Shown here: piece after piece, positions 1-9,717 of the stretch
Layout of the letters: each line of letters opens with the position of its first letter
Numbering within the stretch: the stretch's first letter is position 1
Source: Candidatus Nomurabacteria bacterium
GTDB taxonomy: Bacteria > Patescibacteriota > Minisyncoccia > Phycocordibacterales > UBA2100
DNA length: 64,000 bases
NCBI GenBank assembly: GCA_943356775.1
Contig: CALRFU010000005.1
Location: 11,671-75,670, forward strand
Direction: 5' to 3'
The notes under the pieces: model-generated
What the model was told of the DNA's origin: nothing
Databases searched by the model: none
What the model saw: the letters and a program-made list of their open reading frames with translations, nothing else
Position numbers and translations under genes: made by a program

Positions 1-269
1 TGCACGTACTCTCATCGGCCGTCATCGGTGCGGCCATCGGCATCTCTTTCTATAAGCCCCGCCGGACGAAACACCTCTTTGTTCTTGTGGGAGTTATCCT
101 CGCTATTGTTTTGCACAGTACCTTCAACTTCCTTATACTGAACACACCCGAAGAGCACCTCTTGCGCACGTTCGGGTTTGTCTGGATAGGGGTTATTGCA
201 CTTCTAGCCGTGCTAGAATATATAAAACGCATACATCCCGTAATAAAAAAATCAGTATGGCGCTCCTAA
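1..269 (+). CDS. C-terminal fragment of a membrane protein (5' end outside the window)
   Basis: Open frame runs from the window edge to a stop at 267-269. Translation has hydrophobic helices (LFVLVGVILAIVLHSTFNF..., FVWIGVIALLAVL). Family uncertain, possibly PrsW-like. Confidence 0.45.
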   Translation, partial: HVLSSAVIGAAIGISFYKPRRTKHLFVLVGVILAIVLHSTFNFLILNTPEEHLLRTFGFVWIGVIALLAVLEYIKRIHPVIKKSVWRS

Positions 270-760
270 AAAAACCAGGTTTTTTCTCCCGACTCACCGG
301 AAAGTCCAACGATGAGTACGACGATTTTTTCGAAGGCCCTTCCGCGCACCCTGCCGTATTTGAAGGCGAGGGCGAAGAGCGACATGCTCATATCAATACG
401 CGCGAAGAAGCCTGGTCGGGAGAAGAGCCGAAGGGAGAGCTTGCGGTAGACATCTACCAGACGCCCGACGCCATTGTAGTCAAAGCGCTCGTCGCTGGCG
501 TACAGCCCACCTCTATAGATATTTCCCTCACCCGCGAGATGCTGACCATTTCGGGCATGCGCGAGGATGAACGCGAAGTCGAAGAAGACAACTATTTCCA
601 ACGCGAACTCTACTGGGGCTCATTCTCCCGCACCATCCTTCTCCCCGAAGAAGTCGATGTGGATATGGCGGAAGCGTCCGAAAAGCACGGCATTCTCATG
701 ATTCGCCTCCCCAAGATAAATAAGAAGAGACAGACCAAGCTCAAAGTCCGGAGTCGTTAG
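257..760 (+). CDS. Hsp20/alpha-crystallin family small heat-shock protein
   Basis: 167 aa with an alpha-crystallin domain pattern (AVDIYQTPDAIVVKALVAG...ISLTREMLTISG...GSFSRTILLPEEVD...GILMIRLPK). Confidence 0.8.
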   Translation: MALLKKPGFFSRLTGKSNDEYDDFFEGPSAHPAVFEGEGEERHAHINTREEAWSGEEPKGELAVDIYQTPDAIVVKALVAGVQPTSIDISLTREMLTISGMREDEREVEEDNYFQRELYWGSFSRTILLPEEVDVDMAEASEKHGILMIRLPKINKKRQTKLKVRSR

Positions 761-1601
761 CACTTTCGTCCACTAGCCCGAGACGGTAGATGTCGAAGGA
801 GTTCTCGCCTTCAAACATATCCGACGGATTCGGGAGATAGAGACGTTTGCGACCAATCTCGGTGGTCGCGTCATTGATGAGCCGGTGGAAGACTTCGAAT
901 TCATCCGTGACGTCGGCAAAGTCGATAATGTAGCGCCGCATTTGTGATGAGCCGTCAGCGTTCTTCTTTTTCTTGCATTCCTGCACGATGAATCGCCGCA
1001 CTTCCTTCCCGTACTTTTTTTTGACCGTGTAGTAATTAAATATCGCCTGCATAACGAAAAGCGTCTTCTGCCCCCGCCCCTTGCTGAAGGTATCGACGAA
1101 TTTGTGGTCGACAATGTCGAGCGCCCCCTTCTGAATACGGGACTCGACTACCAAGTCGGAAACGGCTTTGATGGGAAGTGCGAGCCCCTTCACTTCTGCC
1201 GTCGCCACCACCTCGACGCCCACGACCTTGTGCTTCGGTGCCCGCGCTAGGTAGAAGGATACGGCCTGCAGATAGTCTCGCTCCATATGCATACGCTTTT
1301 CTTTTTGTGCGCGGCGCGATTTCGCTTTGCCGAAGTTAACCTCAAAATCCGCAACATTCCTCAGATACTCGAGCCCGAGCGCTACCGCCCCCTCCTTACC
1401 TATCCCGCCATAGAAATGTTGGAGAGCGGTGTGTGCGGCACGACCGATGACAGCCGAGGGATTGGAAGGCGTATCGCGAATATTCTCGACATAGCGCTTG
1501 TACCAGGCAAGCGGATTGCGCAGAAATGCCATGAGCGAGGAATGGCTCCAATGTTTGATGGGAAATGCCTTCTTGCCCCTTTTTGCACTTGCCCCCTTCA
1601 T
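741..1601 (-). CDS. PD-(D/E)XK nuclease superfamily protein (RecB/Cas4-like fold, no Cys cluster)
   Basis: 286 aa. N-terminal HWSHSSLMAFLRNPLAWYKRY motif typical of the PDDEXK_1 family; later D...E/D.K-like motifs (SDLVVESR, LDIVDHK). Its 3' end overlaps the hsp20 gene convergently. Confidence 0.5.
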   Translation of the reverse strand: MKGASAKRGKKAFPIKHWSHSSLMAFLRNPLAWYKRYVENIRDTPSNPSAVIGRAAHTALQHFYGGIGKEGAVALGLEYLRNVADFEVNFGKAKSRRAQKEKRMHMERDYLQAVSFYLARAPKHKVVGVEVVATAEVKGLALPIKAVSDLVVESRIQKGALDIVDHKFVDTFSKGRGQKTLFVMQAIFNYYTVKKKYGKEVRRFIVQECKKKKNADGSSQMRRYIIDFADVTDEFEVFHRLINDATTEIGRKRLYLPNPSDMFEGENSFDIYRLGLVDESANDSGL

Positions 1602-1767
1602 GCCGCGAGTATATCATCGTACCCATCGCGCACACTGAGGATGCGTATCCCCCTTTCAAAATTGACAAAATATGGCTTAGGAATAGGATGTCTGCTGCCG
1701 TTGTTCTTGTATTGTGTCGCGGCAAAGTGTAAAACTGGGAACAACTTTCGGTAAGGGGAATCTGAGA

Positions 1768-2334
1768 ATGACGACTGCATCTCTCGCAGACTATCAACTT
1801 ATTCAAACACTTCGGGGCGTTGGGGTTCTGAAAGACCTCGAAGGACCTCGGATCCCAGCAGAGCGTGGGACAATCGTGATTCCGTGCGCCGACGGCGACC
1901 GGATCACCGATCTTCTCACAAAGCATTGGGGCGTGTGCGACGGCCACCCATGCCATCACACACTCTCCCTGAATGGCGGCCCACTTTTGATTCCCGAATC
2001 TTCTCCAATCGCTAAGCTCGGAGAAGGACAGATCATCAAGGAGCATGCATACGGCGGCCACCGACTGAAAGCGGTGACGACGGTGATGCTCTATGGCCAC
2101 TGGCCATGCGGCGCCGCCATTACCAACGGCCTTTCGCTCTACGACACACTCGTCTGTTGCGTCTCGGCTAAGGACGAAATGCGTACGTTTCTCCAGTCAC
2201 GCGGAATCGAGCCTACGGTTATTCTGTGCTTCCACGTTGACTATGCTGACGGCCGGAAGAAGTCCTATTACTTCGATCGGCGGGCGTGGAATGCGTGGCA
2301 GGCCAGCAAGGCCTCGATACAAGCCGCCGAGTAG
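1768..2334 (+). CDS. Hypothetical Cys/His-rich protein
   Basis: ATG at 1768 preceded by AAGGGG. 188 aa with motifs CADGDR, CDGHPCHH, HWPCG. Followed by a strong terminator. No recognisable family. Confidence 0.5.
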   Translation: MTTASLADYQLIQTLRGVGVLKDLEGPRIPAERGTIVIPCADGDRITDLLTKHWGVCDGHPCHHTLSLNGGPLLIPESSPIAKLGEGQIIKEHAYGGHRLKAVTTVMLYGHWPCGAAITNGLSLYDTLVCCVSAKDEMRTFLQSRGIEPTVILCFHVDYADGRKKSYYFDRRAWNAWQASKASIQAAE

Positions 2335-2354
2335 ATCGGTACGCGATTGACAAC

Positions 2355-2394
2355 GAACCGCCGGCGCTGATGCGTCCGGCGGTTCGATTTTTTA
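2355..2394 (+). terminator. Rho-independent terminator (10-bp GC stem, T6 tail)
   Basis: gaaccgccgg-N11-ccggcggttc followed by gatttttt, directly after the 1768..2334 CDS. Confidence 0.65.
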
Positions 2395-3450
2395 TGACTT
2401 CTTGAGGAGATGGAACGTGCGCGTATTCATATCCACCGTACCCACCAATATTTTGAGCTTTTTCATTATCGCAGGCACCTTTTCCCGCAAGACACGCTCG
2501 GCCTCCCGTTCGAGGTAGAGCGCTTTCTCGTTGGCGACACCGTGGTCGGCCCCAACCGAACGGAACGGGGCAAGGACGAGCAAGAGTGCCCCTTCTTTTT
2601 CAGGGATTCTTTTGGCCTTCATATTTGCTAAAACAATGGTGCCTGCGACCGCGACGGCATTTTCCCACTGAGGGTCGTACGGCCCAATCATGAGCGCCCT
2701 GTTTGGCAGATGGAGCCAGTCGAAGCCGCGGCCGACCGCAATAATCTGCTCTTTGTGTTCCATCTCGACGACAGGGCGATGCGCGGCGCGGATATCACGT
2801 ACATACTTTTGGTTGCCCGCGACGAGCGGGAGTAGATCTTCGAGCACGTTGTCGGGTATATCGGGATACATGTGACGGAGCTCGCTGTGAATACTTTCGA
2901 GTGGCGCATCGGCGTGATTCGCAATATCAAACGTGCGTTTCCCTTTTCCATGAAAGACGAGGCCGCCTTCGTCGGTCTCCATGCCAATGACGAGCGGAAA
3001 GACGGTTGTGTGATTGGCGCCGAATGCCGATTCAAATTGATCGCGCAAACGTACCGCTCCCGCACGCGCGGCATCGGTATCGTATTTATGGCCCGCACAT
3101 CCGCGGTGTACATCCCCTTTCGAGAAGTGGTAGGTCGAGAGCACGTAGGTGGGACGACCCTTGGAGACCGCATGCTCAATATCATCGAGCATGAGGCGAC
3201 CGAAGAACGGCCAACCGAGGTCGAACTTGCCGCCGATGTTGCGGTACGGCTTGATGATGCCCGGCGGCGTGTGGGTCATGACCGAGAGGTTGAGGCGGCC
3301 GTCCATGCACTTGAGGGCGATAATCTCGCTCGGGTGCTGGGCGCGGTAGAGGCGGCGAGCAAGCTGCGAGCCGGGCGAGCGGAAATCGGCGCTCTGGAGC
3401 TTATTGCGCTCAAGTATGAACTTGACCAAATCCTTTTGTTTTTCTGCCAT
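2392..3450 (-). CDS. Beta-carbonic-anhydrase-like domain protein with a roughly 200-aa C-terminal extension
   Basis: 352 aa. CMDGRL (CxDxR) and HRGCAGH (HxxCxG) motifs about 57 residues apart, as in beta-class carbonic anhydrase zinc ligands. The rest is unrecognised. Confidence 0.4.
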   Translation of the reverse strand: MAEKQKDLVKFILERNKLQSADFRSPGSQLARRLYRAQHPSEIIALKCMDGRLNLSVMTHTPPGIIKPYRNIGGKFDLGWPFFGRLMLDDIEHAVSKGRPTYVLSTYHFSKGDVHRGCAGHKYDTDAARAGAVRLRDQFESAFGANHTTVFPLVIGMETDEGGLVFHGKGKRTFDIANHADAPLESIHSELRHMYPDIPDNVLEDLLPLVAGNQKYVRDIRAAHRPVVEMEHKEQIIAVGRGFDWLHLPNRALMIGPYDPQWENAVAVAGTIVLANMKAKRIPEKEGALLLVLAPFRSVGADHGVANEKALYLEREAERVLREKVPAIMKKLKILVGTVDMNTRTFHLLKKS

Positions 3451-3550
3451 ATAAGGGGGTAATGTACTACCAAAGCGCCGAAAAAGGAAGTCTGCGCAGT
3501 GTGTATAGGAATACTATTCATCTAATCTTAAATGGGGTATACTCGCGGAT

Positions 3551-3676
3551 ATGGCAAAACGAGCGAGTCAGGATATAAAGAATAAGAAATCGCGTTCTCG
3601 AAAGACCTCGAAGCGTCTTGCGGCCAAGCGGGCAATGCTCGCTGCGCGCCCGACGAAGCGCAAGAAACACCGATAA
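3551..3676 (+). CDS. Small highly basic peptide (41 aa), possible nucleic-acid-binding or ribosomal-like
   Basis: Translated by hand: MAKRASQDIKNKKSRSRKTSKRLAAKRAMLAARPTKRKKHR. TATACT box 8 nt upstream of the ATG. Below the ORF-track length cutoff. Confidence 0.3.
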   Translation: MAKRASQDIKNKKSRSRKTSKRLAAKRAMLAARPTKRKKHR

Positions 3677-3809
3677 TATCGAAACCAACCTCCCCTCATC
3701 GGGAAGGTTTTGGTATCAGGGCAAACGACCCATTTTCTTGGACAAATCCCGGAGGGAGGTATAGCATTGGAGCTAGGTCCCGCTCTTGAGGACCAAGGAG
3801 GAAACGCCG

Positions 3810-3911
3810 ATGAGGAAGCTCTTCTATCTGCTCTCCGAGCGAGGAGAGCCAACGTTGTTGGCACTGATCGCCTTCGCGGTTTTGATGCTCGCAACAAAGT
3901 TCGCCCATTAG
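3810..3911 (+). CDS. Small single-TM peptide (33 aa)
   Basis: AAGGAGGA Shine-Dalgarno 7 nt upstream of the ATG. MRKLFYLLSERGEPTLLALIAFAVLMLATKFAH. Confidence 0.4.
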   Translation: MRKLFYLLSERGEPTLLALIAFAVLMLATKFAH

Positions 3912-3924
3912 TCAGGGGAACGCA

Positions 3925-4077
3925 ATGGGAGAAATTATCGATCTTGAAAAAGTTCGAGAGGCTATAGCCAAGCGCCTTGAGGAGAGGCTCTGGATAACGC
4001 TGCTTCTTGCGGAGATCAGCTTGCGTGAATTCCGCATAGATACGGCCACGGGCCAGCCGGTCGCGCTCAAAGAGTGA
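3925..4077 (+). CDS. Small hypothetical protein (50 aa)
   Basis: AGGGGA 5 nt upstream of the ATG. MGEIIDLEKVREAIAKRLEERLWITLLLAEISLREFRIDTATGQPVALKE. A 10-bp stem hairpin (ggtcgcgctc/gagcgcgacc) overlaps the 3' end. Confidence 0.35.
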   Translation: MGEIIDLEKVREAIAKRLEERLWITLLLAEISLREFRIDTATGQPVALKE

Positions 4078-4090
4078 GCGCGACCGAATA

Positions 4091-4414
4091 CTATACGTTG
4101 AGGTCGCTTCGTTTGTAGCGCATTGTCCACGTCTTTCCTCCTCTGCTTACTGAAGACTCGAAGCCGAATGGAACAAGTGCGGTTTCTAGGCCTTTTTCCG
4201 CAGGTTCAGTCCATCGTTTCTCGCGAAGCTTGCCAAAGATGATTTCATGGAACATTCCGTTTGTATCACGGTATAGCTCTTCAAGTTCATTGTCGCTCAT
4301 TTTACGAGCGAAATTGAAGGTAAACGTTATGTGTGCTTGGTCTTCAGTAATATCGGAACTGACAACTTCGACACGTTCTGATGTGTTCGGGACTTTAGGG
4401 GCTGATTCGAGCAT
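4091..4414 (-). CDS. Hypothetical protein
   Basis: 107-aa ORF in the AT-richer island, no recognisable domain. Confidence 0.35.
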   Translation of the reverse strand: MLESAPKVPNTSERVEVVSSDITEDQAHITFTFNFARKMSDNELEELYRDTNGMFHEIIFGKLREKRWTEPAEKGLETALVPFGFESSVSRGGKTWTMRYKRSDLNV

Positions 4415-4530
4415 TTTGGCATTCTAACACCCGTGGCCCTGAAACATTTTGGGCATATGAAGAGGGCGTATTTCTAGACAAATGTTAACGAAGGAGTAGC
4501 ATTGCGGTCTGGTCTTTCATGGAGGTTCAC

Positions 4531-4971
4531 ATGCTTCCAGCAATCAGAAGTTCGCTTCCAATCCCGCAAAAAGTAGTCGTACTCATGGTCGGTCCAAAAT
4601 ACGACCGGCCGCCCGTGAAAGATGCCGTCGTCGGCATCGGTGGTGACCCAATGTTGATTCTCTCGGTCCGGGGATACGTCGACTTCCCTGATCTCGCGAT
4701 TGCCTTGATGGCACGGCCGGATGTCGCACTCATCAGCATTTCGAACGAGACTGGCAGATTGCGCGTAGACCTTTCCCGCGAGTGTGTCGACCTAGTAAAG
4801 TTCGTCATGGATCACCCCCAGAGGCCGTGGATCTACTTCGGGGATCCGAAGCTCAACTTTCTCTCGACAATATTCGTGCGAAAGGGGCTGAGGGTCTTCA
4901 ACGGCGACGGGGAGCGCGCAACGATCATCGACTTGGCCCGTATTGCCGGTCAACGGCTCCAACTCGCTTGA
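4531..4971 (+). CDS. Hypothetical protein
   Basis: ATG at 4531 with GGAGG 6 nt upstream; 146 aa; no recognisable domain. Confidence 0.4.
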   Translation: MLPAIRSSLPIPQKVVVLMVGPKYDRPPVKDAVVGIGGDPMLILSVRGYVDFPDLAIALMARPDVALISISNETGRLRVDLSRECVDLVKFVMDHPQRPWIYFGDPKLNFLSTIFVRKGLRVFNGDGERATIIDLARIAGQRLQLA

Positions 4972-5041
4972 GATATCGCGGCCGGACTTCCCTCTCGGAA
5001 GCCCGGCCGCTCCATTTCCACTACTCTGAGATTATTGAAAA

Positions 5042-5326
5042 TTATTCGTTCAAGTGGGGAGGGGATTCATCGGGGGAGATTTGGCCGCTTTTTAGCTTTA
5101 TCTCATAGGCTTCCTGCATACTGACAATTCTGCCTCTCGTTGTGAGCCAGCCTCTCGCCTCCTCCTTCTTGAAATCGTAAGGCACTCCGGGATTCCGCGC
5201 GATGATTTTGTCGTAGCAGTCCTGATGACTCTCACCAAGTATGTTTTCCCGGTCGTACCGGATAACAGCACCCCGTATTTTCTCTGGACCCTTTTTCCGC
5301 TCAAGCCATCTGCCAAACAATCCCAT
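5042..5326 (-). CDS. Hypothetical protein (94 aa) downstream of a regulator-type palindrome
   Basis: ORF whose upstream region (about -95) holds the 28-bp perfect palindrome 5418..5445. Confidence 0.4.
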   Translation of the reverse strand: MGLFGRWLERKKGPEKIRGAVIRYDRENILGESHQDCYDKIIARNPGVPYDFKKEEARGWLTTRGRIVSMQEAYEIKLKSGQISPDESPPHLNE

Positions 5327-5417
5327 CCGAGAATCGTATCACGCCTCTCCTGGGCCCGAGTAGTAGCTCCGCGGCTGCTTGGCGCGGCCATGGAAACGAA
5401 AAGGTTTTCCCCACATA

Positions 5418-5445
5418 CCAAACTTACGCTATAGCGTAAGTTTGG
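5418..5445. promoter_or_regulatory. 28-bp perfect palindrome CCAAACTTACGCTATAGCGTAAGTTTGG (core TACGCTATAGCGTA)
   Basis: Perfect dyad. The same 14-bp core recurs at both ends of the PaaX-like gene 46470..47045. Position is upstream of 5042..5326 and downstream of rpoD. Confidence 0.6.
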
Positions 5446-5473
5446 TGTGTCTAGGTGAGATGAAGGGTAGGCG

Positions 5474-6745
5474 TTAGTACGAACGAAGTTGTTTGGCGCG
5501 GTCGTGGAAACGGATGCGCTCCAGTGCTTTTGCTTCAATCTGACGAATTCTTTCGCGGGTGACGCCGAATTCGCGACCCACCTCTTCGAGGGTAAAGCAA
5601 ATCCCCTCTTCCGTAAGTCCGTTGCGCATTTCCAATATCTTCCGCTCTTTGGGTGAAAGCTCCTCCAGAATTGCTCCCATTTGTTCATTGAGAATGCGGC
5701 GCGAAGCGTCCATATCAGGGCTGGCGATGGTATCGTCTGCGATAAAGCTGCCAAGTGTCGAGCGCTCATCATCGTCCTCACCTACCGGAGACTCGAGTGA
5801 GACGGTGTCCTGATTGATTTTTTGAATAGTGTAGATTTTGTCTATTTCGATACCCATTTCTGCGGCGATTTCTTCGGGGAGCGGGTCGCGGCCGAGGTGC
5901 TGGTTCAATTCACGTACTTTTTGCTTGTATTTAGCGATGGTTTCCACCATGTGCACCGGGATGCGGATGGTGCGGGATTGGTCTGCCAAAGCACGGGTGA
6001 TGGCCTGACGAATCCACCAGGTAGCATAGGTCGAGAATTTGTAGCCTTTTGTGTAATCGAACTTATCTACGGCTTTAAACAAGCCCAAATTCCCCTCCTG
6101 AATCAAGTCGAGGAGCGTGAGGTCTGGTGAGCGATTGACGTATTTCTTCGCGATAGAGACGACGAGGCGAAGGTTGGAGCGGGCGAGGATGTTGCGTGCT
6201 TCGTTGTCTTCTTGGAGGATGCGCTTCGCCAGGTCCTTTTCTTGCTGACCGTTGAGAAGCGGGTACTGACCAATTTCGCGCAAATACATCTGCACGGAGT
6301 CGTAGCCCGCATCCGAGCGGCGGTTCTGTAATTTCTTGCTCGCCAAGACGGAATCAGCGGAGCTATCTTCGAGCATGCCGCCCCCCTCCAAGATGTCGAT
6401 GCCCGCGACGGAGAAACGGTCATAGATTTCTTCGAGCAAAGAGACGTTGTCTTCAATCGTCGGGAATTCGCGGAGAATTTCGTCGTAGGTGATGTATCCG
6501 CGCTCTTTACCCATCAGGATAAGCGCCTCAACTTTATTTTGCCGCTTATCGCCCGCGCCTTTCTTGGTGGATGCGGAAGCGGAAGCCGCTTTCTTATTCC
6601 TGGCTTTAGAAGCCTTTGCGCTCCTTTTGACCGCGCGCTCTTTCTTGGTGCTCGCGACCTTCTTTGTGCGGGAAACGGGCTTCTTGCGCGCAGGCTGTTT
6701 TGCACGTTTTACCGCTTTTTGTTTTTTTTGCTTTTTATTTGCCAT
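5474..6745 (-). CDS. rpoD: RNA polymerase sigma-70 factor RpoD
   Basis: 423 aa with a K/A-rich N-terminus, regions 2-4 ([40 protein letters not shown]) and a C-terminal HTH. Confidence 0.95.
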   Translation of the reverse strand: MANKKQKKQKAVKRAKQPARKKPVSRTKKVASTKKERAVKRSAKASKARNKKAASASASTKKGAGDKRQNKVEALILMGKERGYITYDEILREFPTIEDNVSLLEEIYDRFSVAGIDILEGGGMLEDSSADSVLASKKLQNRRSDAGYDSVQMYLREIGQYPLLNGQQEKDLAKRILQEDNEARNILARSNLRLVVSIAKKYVNRSPDLTLLDLIQEGNLGLFKAVDKFDYTKGYKFSTYATWWIRQAITRALADQSRTIRIPVHMVETIAKYKQKVRELNQHLGRDPLPEEIAAEMGIEIDKIYTIQKINQDTVSLESPVGEDDDERSTLGSFIADDTIASPDMDASRRILNEQMGAILEELSPKERKILEMRNGLTEEGICFTLEEVGREFGVTRERIRQIEAKALERIRFHDRAKQLRSY

Positions 6746-6867
6746 ACTTCAAAAAATGAGTCACGAGGAACCTCCCTCTAGAGAAGGTCGGTCATATGCA
6801 TAGAGTCTTACCATTTGCCGTGCCTTTTTCTTTCAAAATAAGCCACGGGAAGACCAAGCGAAGCAGT

Positions 6868-8613
6868 CTACACTTTCTCGTGCAATTGTCCAATGCGAGT
6901 TGTCAACAGGTTACACACACCCATGAGGCGTGTTATTTCCTCTTCGTCACCGGCGTTTTCAGCCTTCTTTAGAGCCATTGTAGCGTCATCTAGCTCGGCA
7001 GCGAGAAGCTCCTTGAGGATAACTGAGAGCAATACCTTGGTCTCTCTCTCGGGGGTAGGACTCTTGCCGTGGAGGTTTTCGGCCGAAAAACGAAGTGCCT
7101 CCCGCTCCCTCTCGGGGAGGGTGGAGAGGGCTGCAAACGCCTCAGGACCTACCGCGGCCTCTAAGTCGCGGGCATATCCGGCAACATCTATCGAAGGTTT
7201 GCCGAGCGATTGCTGCCAGAGGAGGATAGCAAATGCCTGACGCGCGCGGTCAAAGGCGCGAGCGGCACGCGGTGATATTTTTACTTCAGATTTCACCGGA
7301 GGGGCGGACGAGGTCGACTCCCCTTCGCGCGGAGCTTCGGGATGGCGGGGTAATTTCTCAAGCGCCTCGCTCACCGCCACTTCAGACACTGTAAGCCGGC
7401 GTGCAATCTCGTGTACGTATTGTTCGCGCGCAATTGGGCTCCGCACATCGGACAGAAACGGGAGGACTATCGTTTCTACCGCGCGCCGGAATTTATCCTT
7501 CTGCGGCATGTGCTCTTCAAGGACATCAAGAAGGAATGTGATAATGTCTTTTGAATCCCGTATCGCTTTTTTCCATTCATCGGCACCTTCTTTCTGGATG
7601 AGATCCGCCGGATCGAGCCCCGCCGGCAGCCGTGTCACTTTTACGTTGAGACCTCCCTGCAAAGCCGTCCGCGCTGCGCGCCCCGCGGCCTTTATACCCG
7701 CTTCATCAGCATCAAGCGCAAGTACGATGTTGTCTGTCATGCGCTTGATGAGCGCGGAATGTTCCGGCGTGAATGCGGTACCCGATACCGCAAGAGTATT
7801 TGCCCACCCCGCCTGATGCGATGCGAGCAGGTCCATCTGGCCCTCCACGAGGACCGCGCAATTAAGCTTACGGACGGCCATCTTTGCCTTGTCGAAGCCG
7901 TAGAGGATGCGGGATTTATGAAAGAGGGGCGTTTCCGGACTGTTGAGGTACTTAGGCGCATCGGGCGAGGCATTCTCACCAAATATACGGCCTGAGAATC
8001 CGACGACTCGCCCTGCGGTATCGGCGATGGGAAAGACTATCCGGTTACGGAATTTATCGGTCAGACTCCCCCGCTCGTTCTTTTTGGCCAGCCCCGCATC
8101 CAGTATTTCCTTGTCGGTAAATTTCTTGGCGCGGAGATGCTCCGATGCTTCGCTCCACGTATCTCCCGCGAGCCCGAGCCGGAATGCCTGTATCGTCGCG
8201 TCGGTCAGCCCGCGCTCTTTGAGATATTTCTTTGCAGCATCGTTCAACTTTGACGTATAAAAAATAGTCGCCGCTTCCAGAAGCTCGAAGAGTCGCTCGC
8301 GCTCATCCTTCTTTTCCTTACCTCCACGCTCATAGACCAGCTCAACCCCGGCCCGTTCGGCAAGAATTTTCAGAGCGCCTTTGAAATCGAGACCTTCGAT
8401 AGTTTCGATAAAAGAAAAGATGTCTCCGCCGACATTGCAGCCGAAACAATGATACGTGCCCCTATCCGGCGACACATGGAAAGAAGGTGTGCGCTCGGCG
8501 TGGAACGGGCAGCGCGCGCGAAGCGAAGCTCCCGCGCGCTCGAGCTTCACGTATTGAGATACGACATCGACTATTGAAAGCCGATCTTTTATTTGTTGAA
8601 CGGTGTCGGACAT
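6868..8613 (-). CDS. dnaG: DNA primase DnaG
   Basis: Zinc ribbon CPFHAERTPSFHV...CFGC, TOPRIM (LVEGQMD), immediately upstream of rpoD as in the classic macromolecular-synthesis operon. Confidence 0.93.
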   Translation of the reverse strand: MSDTVQQIKDRLSIVDVVSQYVKLERAGASLRARCPFHAERTPSFHVSPDRGTYHCFGCNVGGDIFSFIETIEGLDFKGALKILAERAGVELVYERGGKEKKDERERLFELLEAATIFYTSKLNDAAKKYLKERGLTDATIQAFRLGLAGDTWSEASEHLRAKKFTDKEILDAGLAKKNERGSLTDKFRNRIVFPIADTAGRVVGFSGRIFGENASPDAPKYLNSPETPLFHKSRILYGFDKAKMAVRKLNCAVLVEGQMDLLASHQAGWANTLAVSGTAFTPEHSALIKRMTDNIVLALDADEAGIKAAGRAARTALQGGLNVKVTRLPAGLDPADLIQKEGADEWKKAIRDSKDIITFLLDVLEEHMPQKDKFRRAVETIVLPFLSDVRSPIAREQYVHEIARRLTVSEVAVSEALEKLPRHPEAPREGESTSSAPPVKSEVKISPRAARAFDRARQAFAILLWQQSLGKPSIDVAGYARDLEAAVGPEAFAALSTLPEREREALRFSAENLHGKSPTPERETKVLLSVILKELLAAELDDATMALKKAENAGDEEEITRLMGVCNLLTTRIGQLHEKV

Positions 8614-9086
8614 AAGGACATTATGCCCTTTTCAATGCCCTAAGGACAGACGGCGATAATATCGAAACGAGCAAAACTTCCTACTCCTCACCTTCTTGCC
8701 TCTTTCGAATCTCGCCGGGATATGTATCGCTTTCCATAGATACGCGACCTTCAATATTAGGATGGCGTGCCGTAAGTAAATCCATAGATTCTTTAGGAGA
8801 CATATTCAATGCGAGTAAATCAGGCATCAGCTTCCGCACACCCTGCCATTCTGCCGTTACTTAATGTGCTATCTCATCAATCATATCCTCAACCTCACCC
8901 GGATGAGCATATATCTCGGTTCCCGGTATTCTGACTCTTGGATATCCTTTATTAAATTTTCCGTCCATATTTTTTCAACCCACTTGATATGACGCTAAGA
9001 GTACCCCCCTTTTTTTGCAATCGATGCATGTGGAAAAGGTGTCAGTCACATACCCGCATCTCCGCCAACTCCCGACTTTTCACCCT

Positions 9087-9125
9087 TATTGTTTAGCTCG
9101 TCCGGTCGGACATATTAAACAATAC
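9087..9125. promoter_or_regulatory. Nested palindrome TATTGTTTA-N20-TAAACAATA with inner TCCGGTCGGA (downstream copy)
   Basis: 9-bp perfect arms plus an inner dyad, 2 nt after the stop of the 9130..9717 gene. A second copy lies at 9717..9755. Confidence 0.6.
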
Positions 9126-9129
9126 TCGT

Positions 9130-9717
9130 TCAATCAAGGGGAAGACCGAATTCCTTGCGCAGCGGCACATCATACTCAATCGCATCCGCAATGATGTAGA
9201 GTAAATCCTTGCCGATGCGCAGCTCTGCTTTGAGAAGCGCGACTGCCTCCTCACAATCATACGGATATGCCCATACGCTGTCTTGCAAGCGGACGAAACC
9301 AAAGCCAGATACAATGCCGCGCGCTTGTGCACGAAGGTAACTCCGCTTTTCTGGGATATCAAAGATGACCAGCCGCCATTTATGATCCCACCGGAGTGGT
9401 CGGGGCAATGGCCCGCGAACAGTGAGCGATCGCAAGTGAGTTTTACCCTTCTCTGTTATTCGTAACGAAACACGACCTCGCTCACGGACGAACGCGACAA
9501 GTTTCTTTTTCTGCAAACGATAGGCAGCCTCGCGAATGCGCTGTCTTGGATCACGTTTGATGAGCCAGTCGGGATCGACGTATTTCAGTAGCTGCAATGT
9601 ATTTGGCGCAGCCATTGCGACAAGGCCTACGCCAGCAACGGCGAGCGTCCCAAGAATTGCGCGCTCTATTTGCCCGCGCTTGGTCCGTTTCTTAGATGTC
9701 TGCTCCATTGTACCCAT
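9130..9717 (-). CDS. PaaX-like (COG3327-type) putative transcriptional regulator, paralog 1
   Basis: 195 aa with WRLVIFDIPEKRSYLR...GFGFVRLQDSVWAYPYDCEE, a C-terminal signature shared with 46470..47045. N-terminal basic and hydrophobic segment. Confidence 0.55.
   Translation of the reverse strand: MGTMEQTSKKRTKRGQIERAILGTLAVAGVGLVAMAAPNTLQLLKYVDPDWLIKRDPRQRIREAAYRLQKKKLVAFVRERGRVSLRITEKGKTHLRSLTVRGPLPRPLRWDHKWRLVIFDIPEKRSYLRAQARGIVSGFGFVRLQDSVWAYPYDCEEAVALLKAELRIGKDLLYIIADAIEYDVPLRKEFGLPLD

Noticed and set aside
3671-3685. 15-mer CGATAATATCGAAAC repeated at 3671..3685 and 8654..8668
   Set aside because: About 4 exact 15-mer coincidences are expected by chance in 64 kb on both strands. Flanking sequence is unrelated, so it is not treated as a meaningful repeat.
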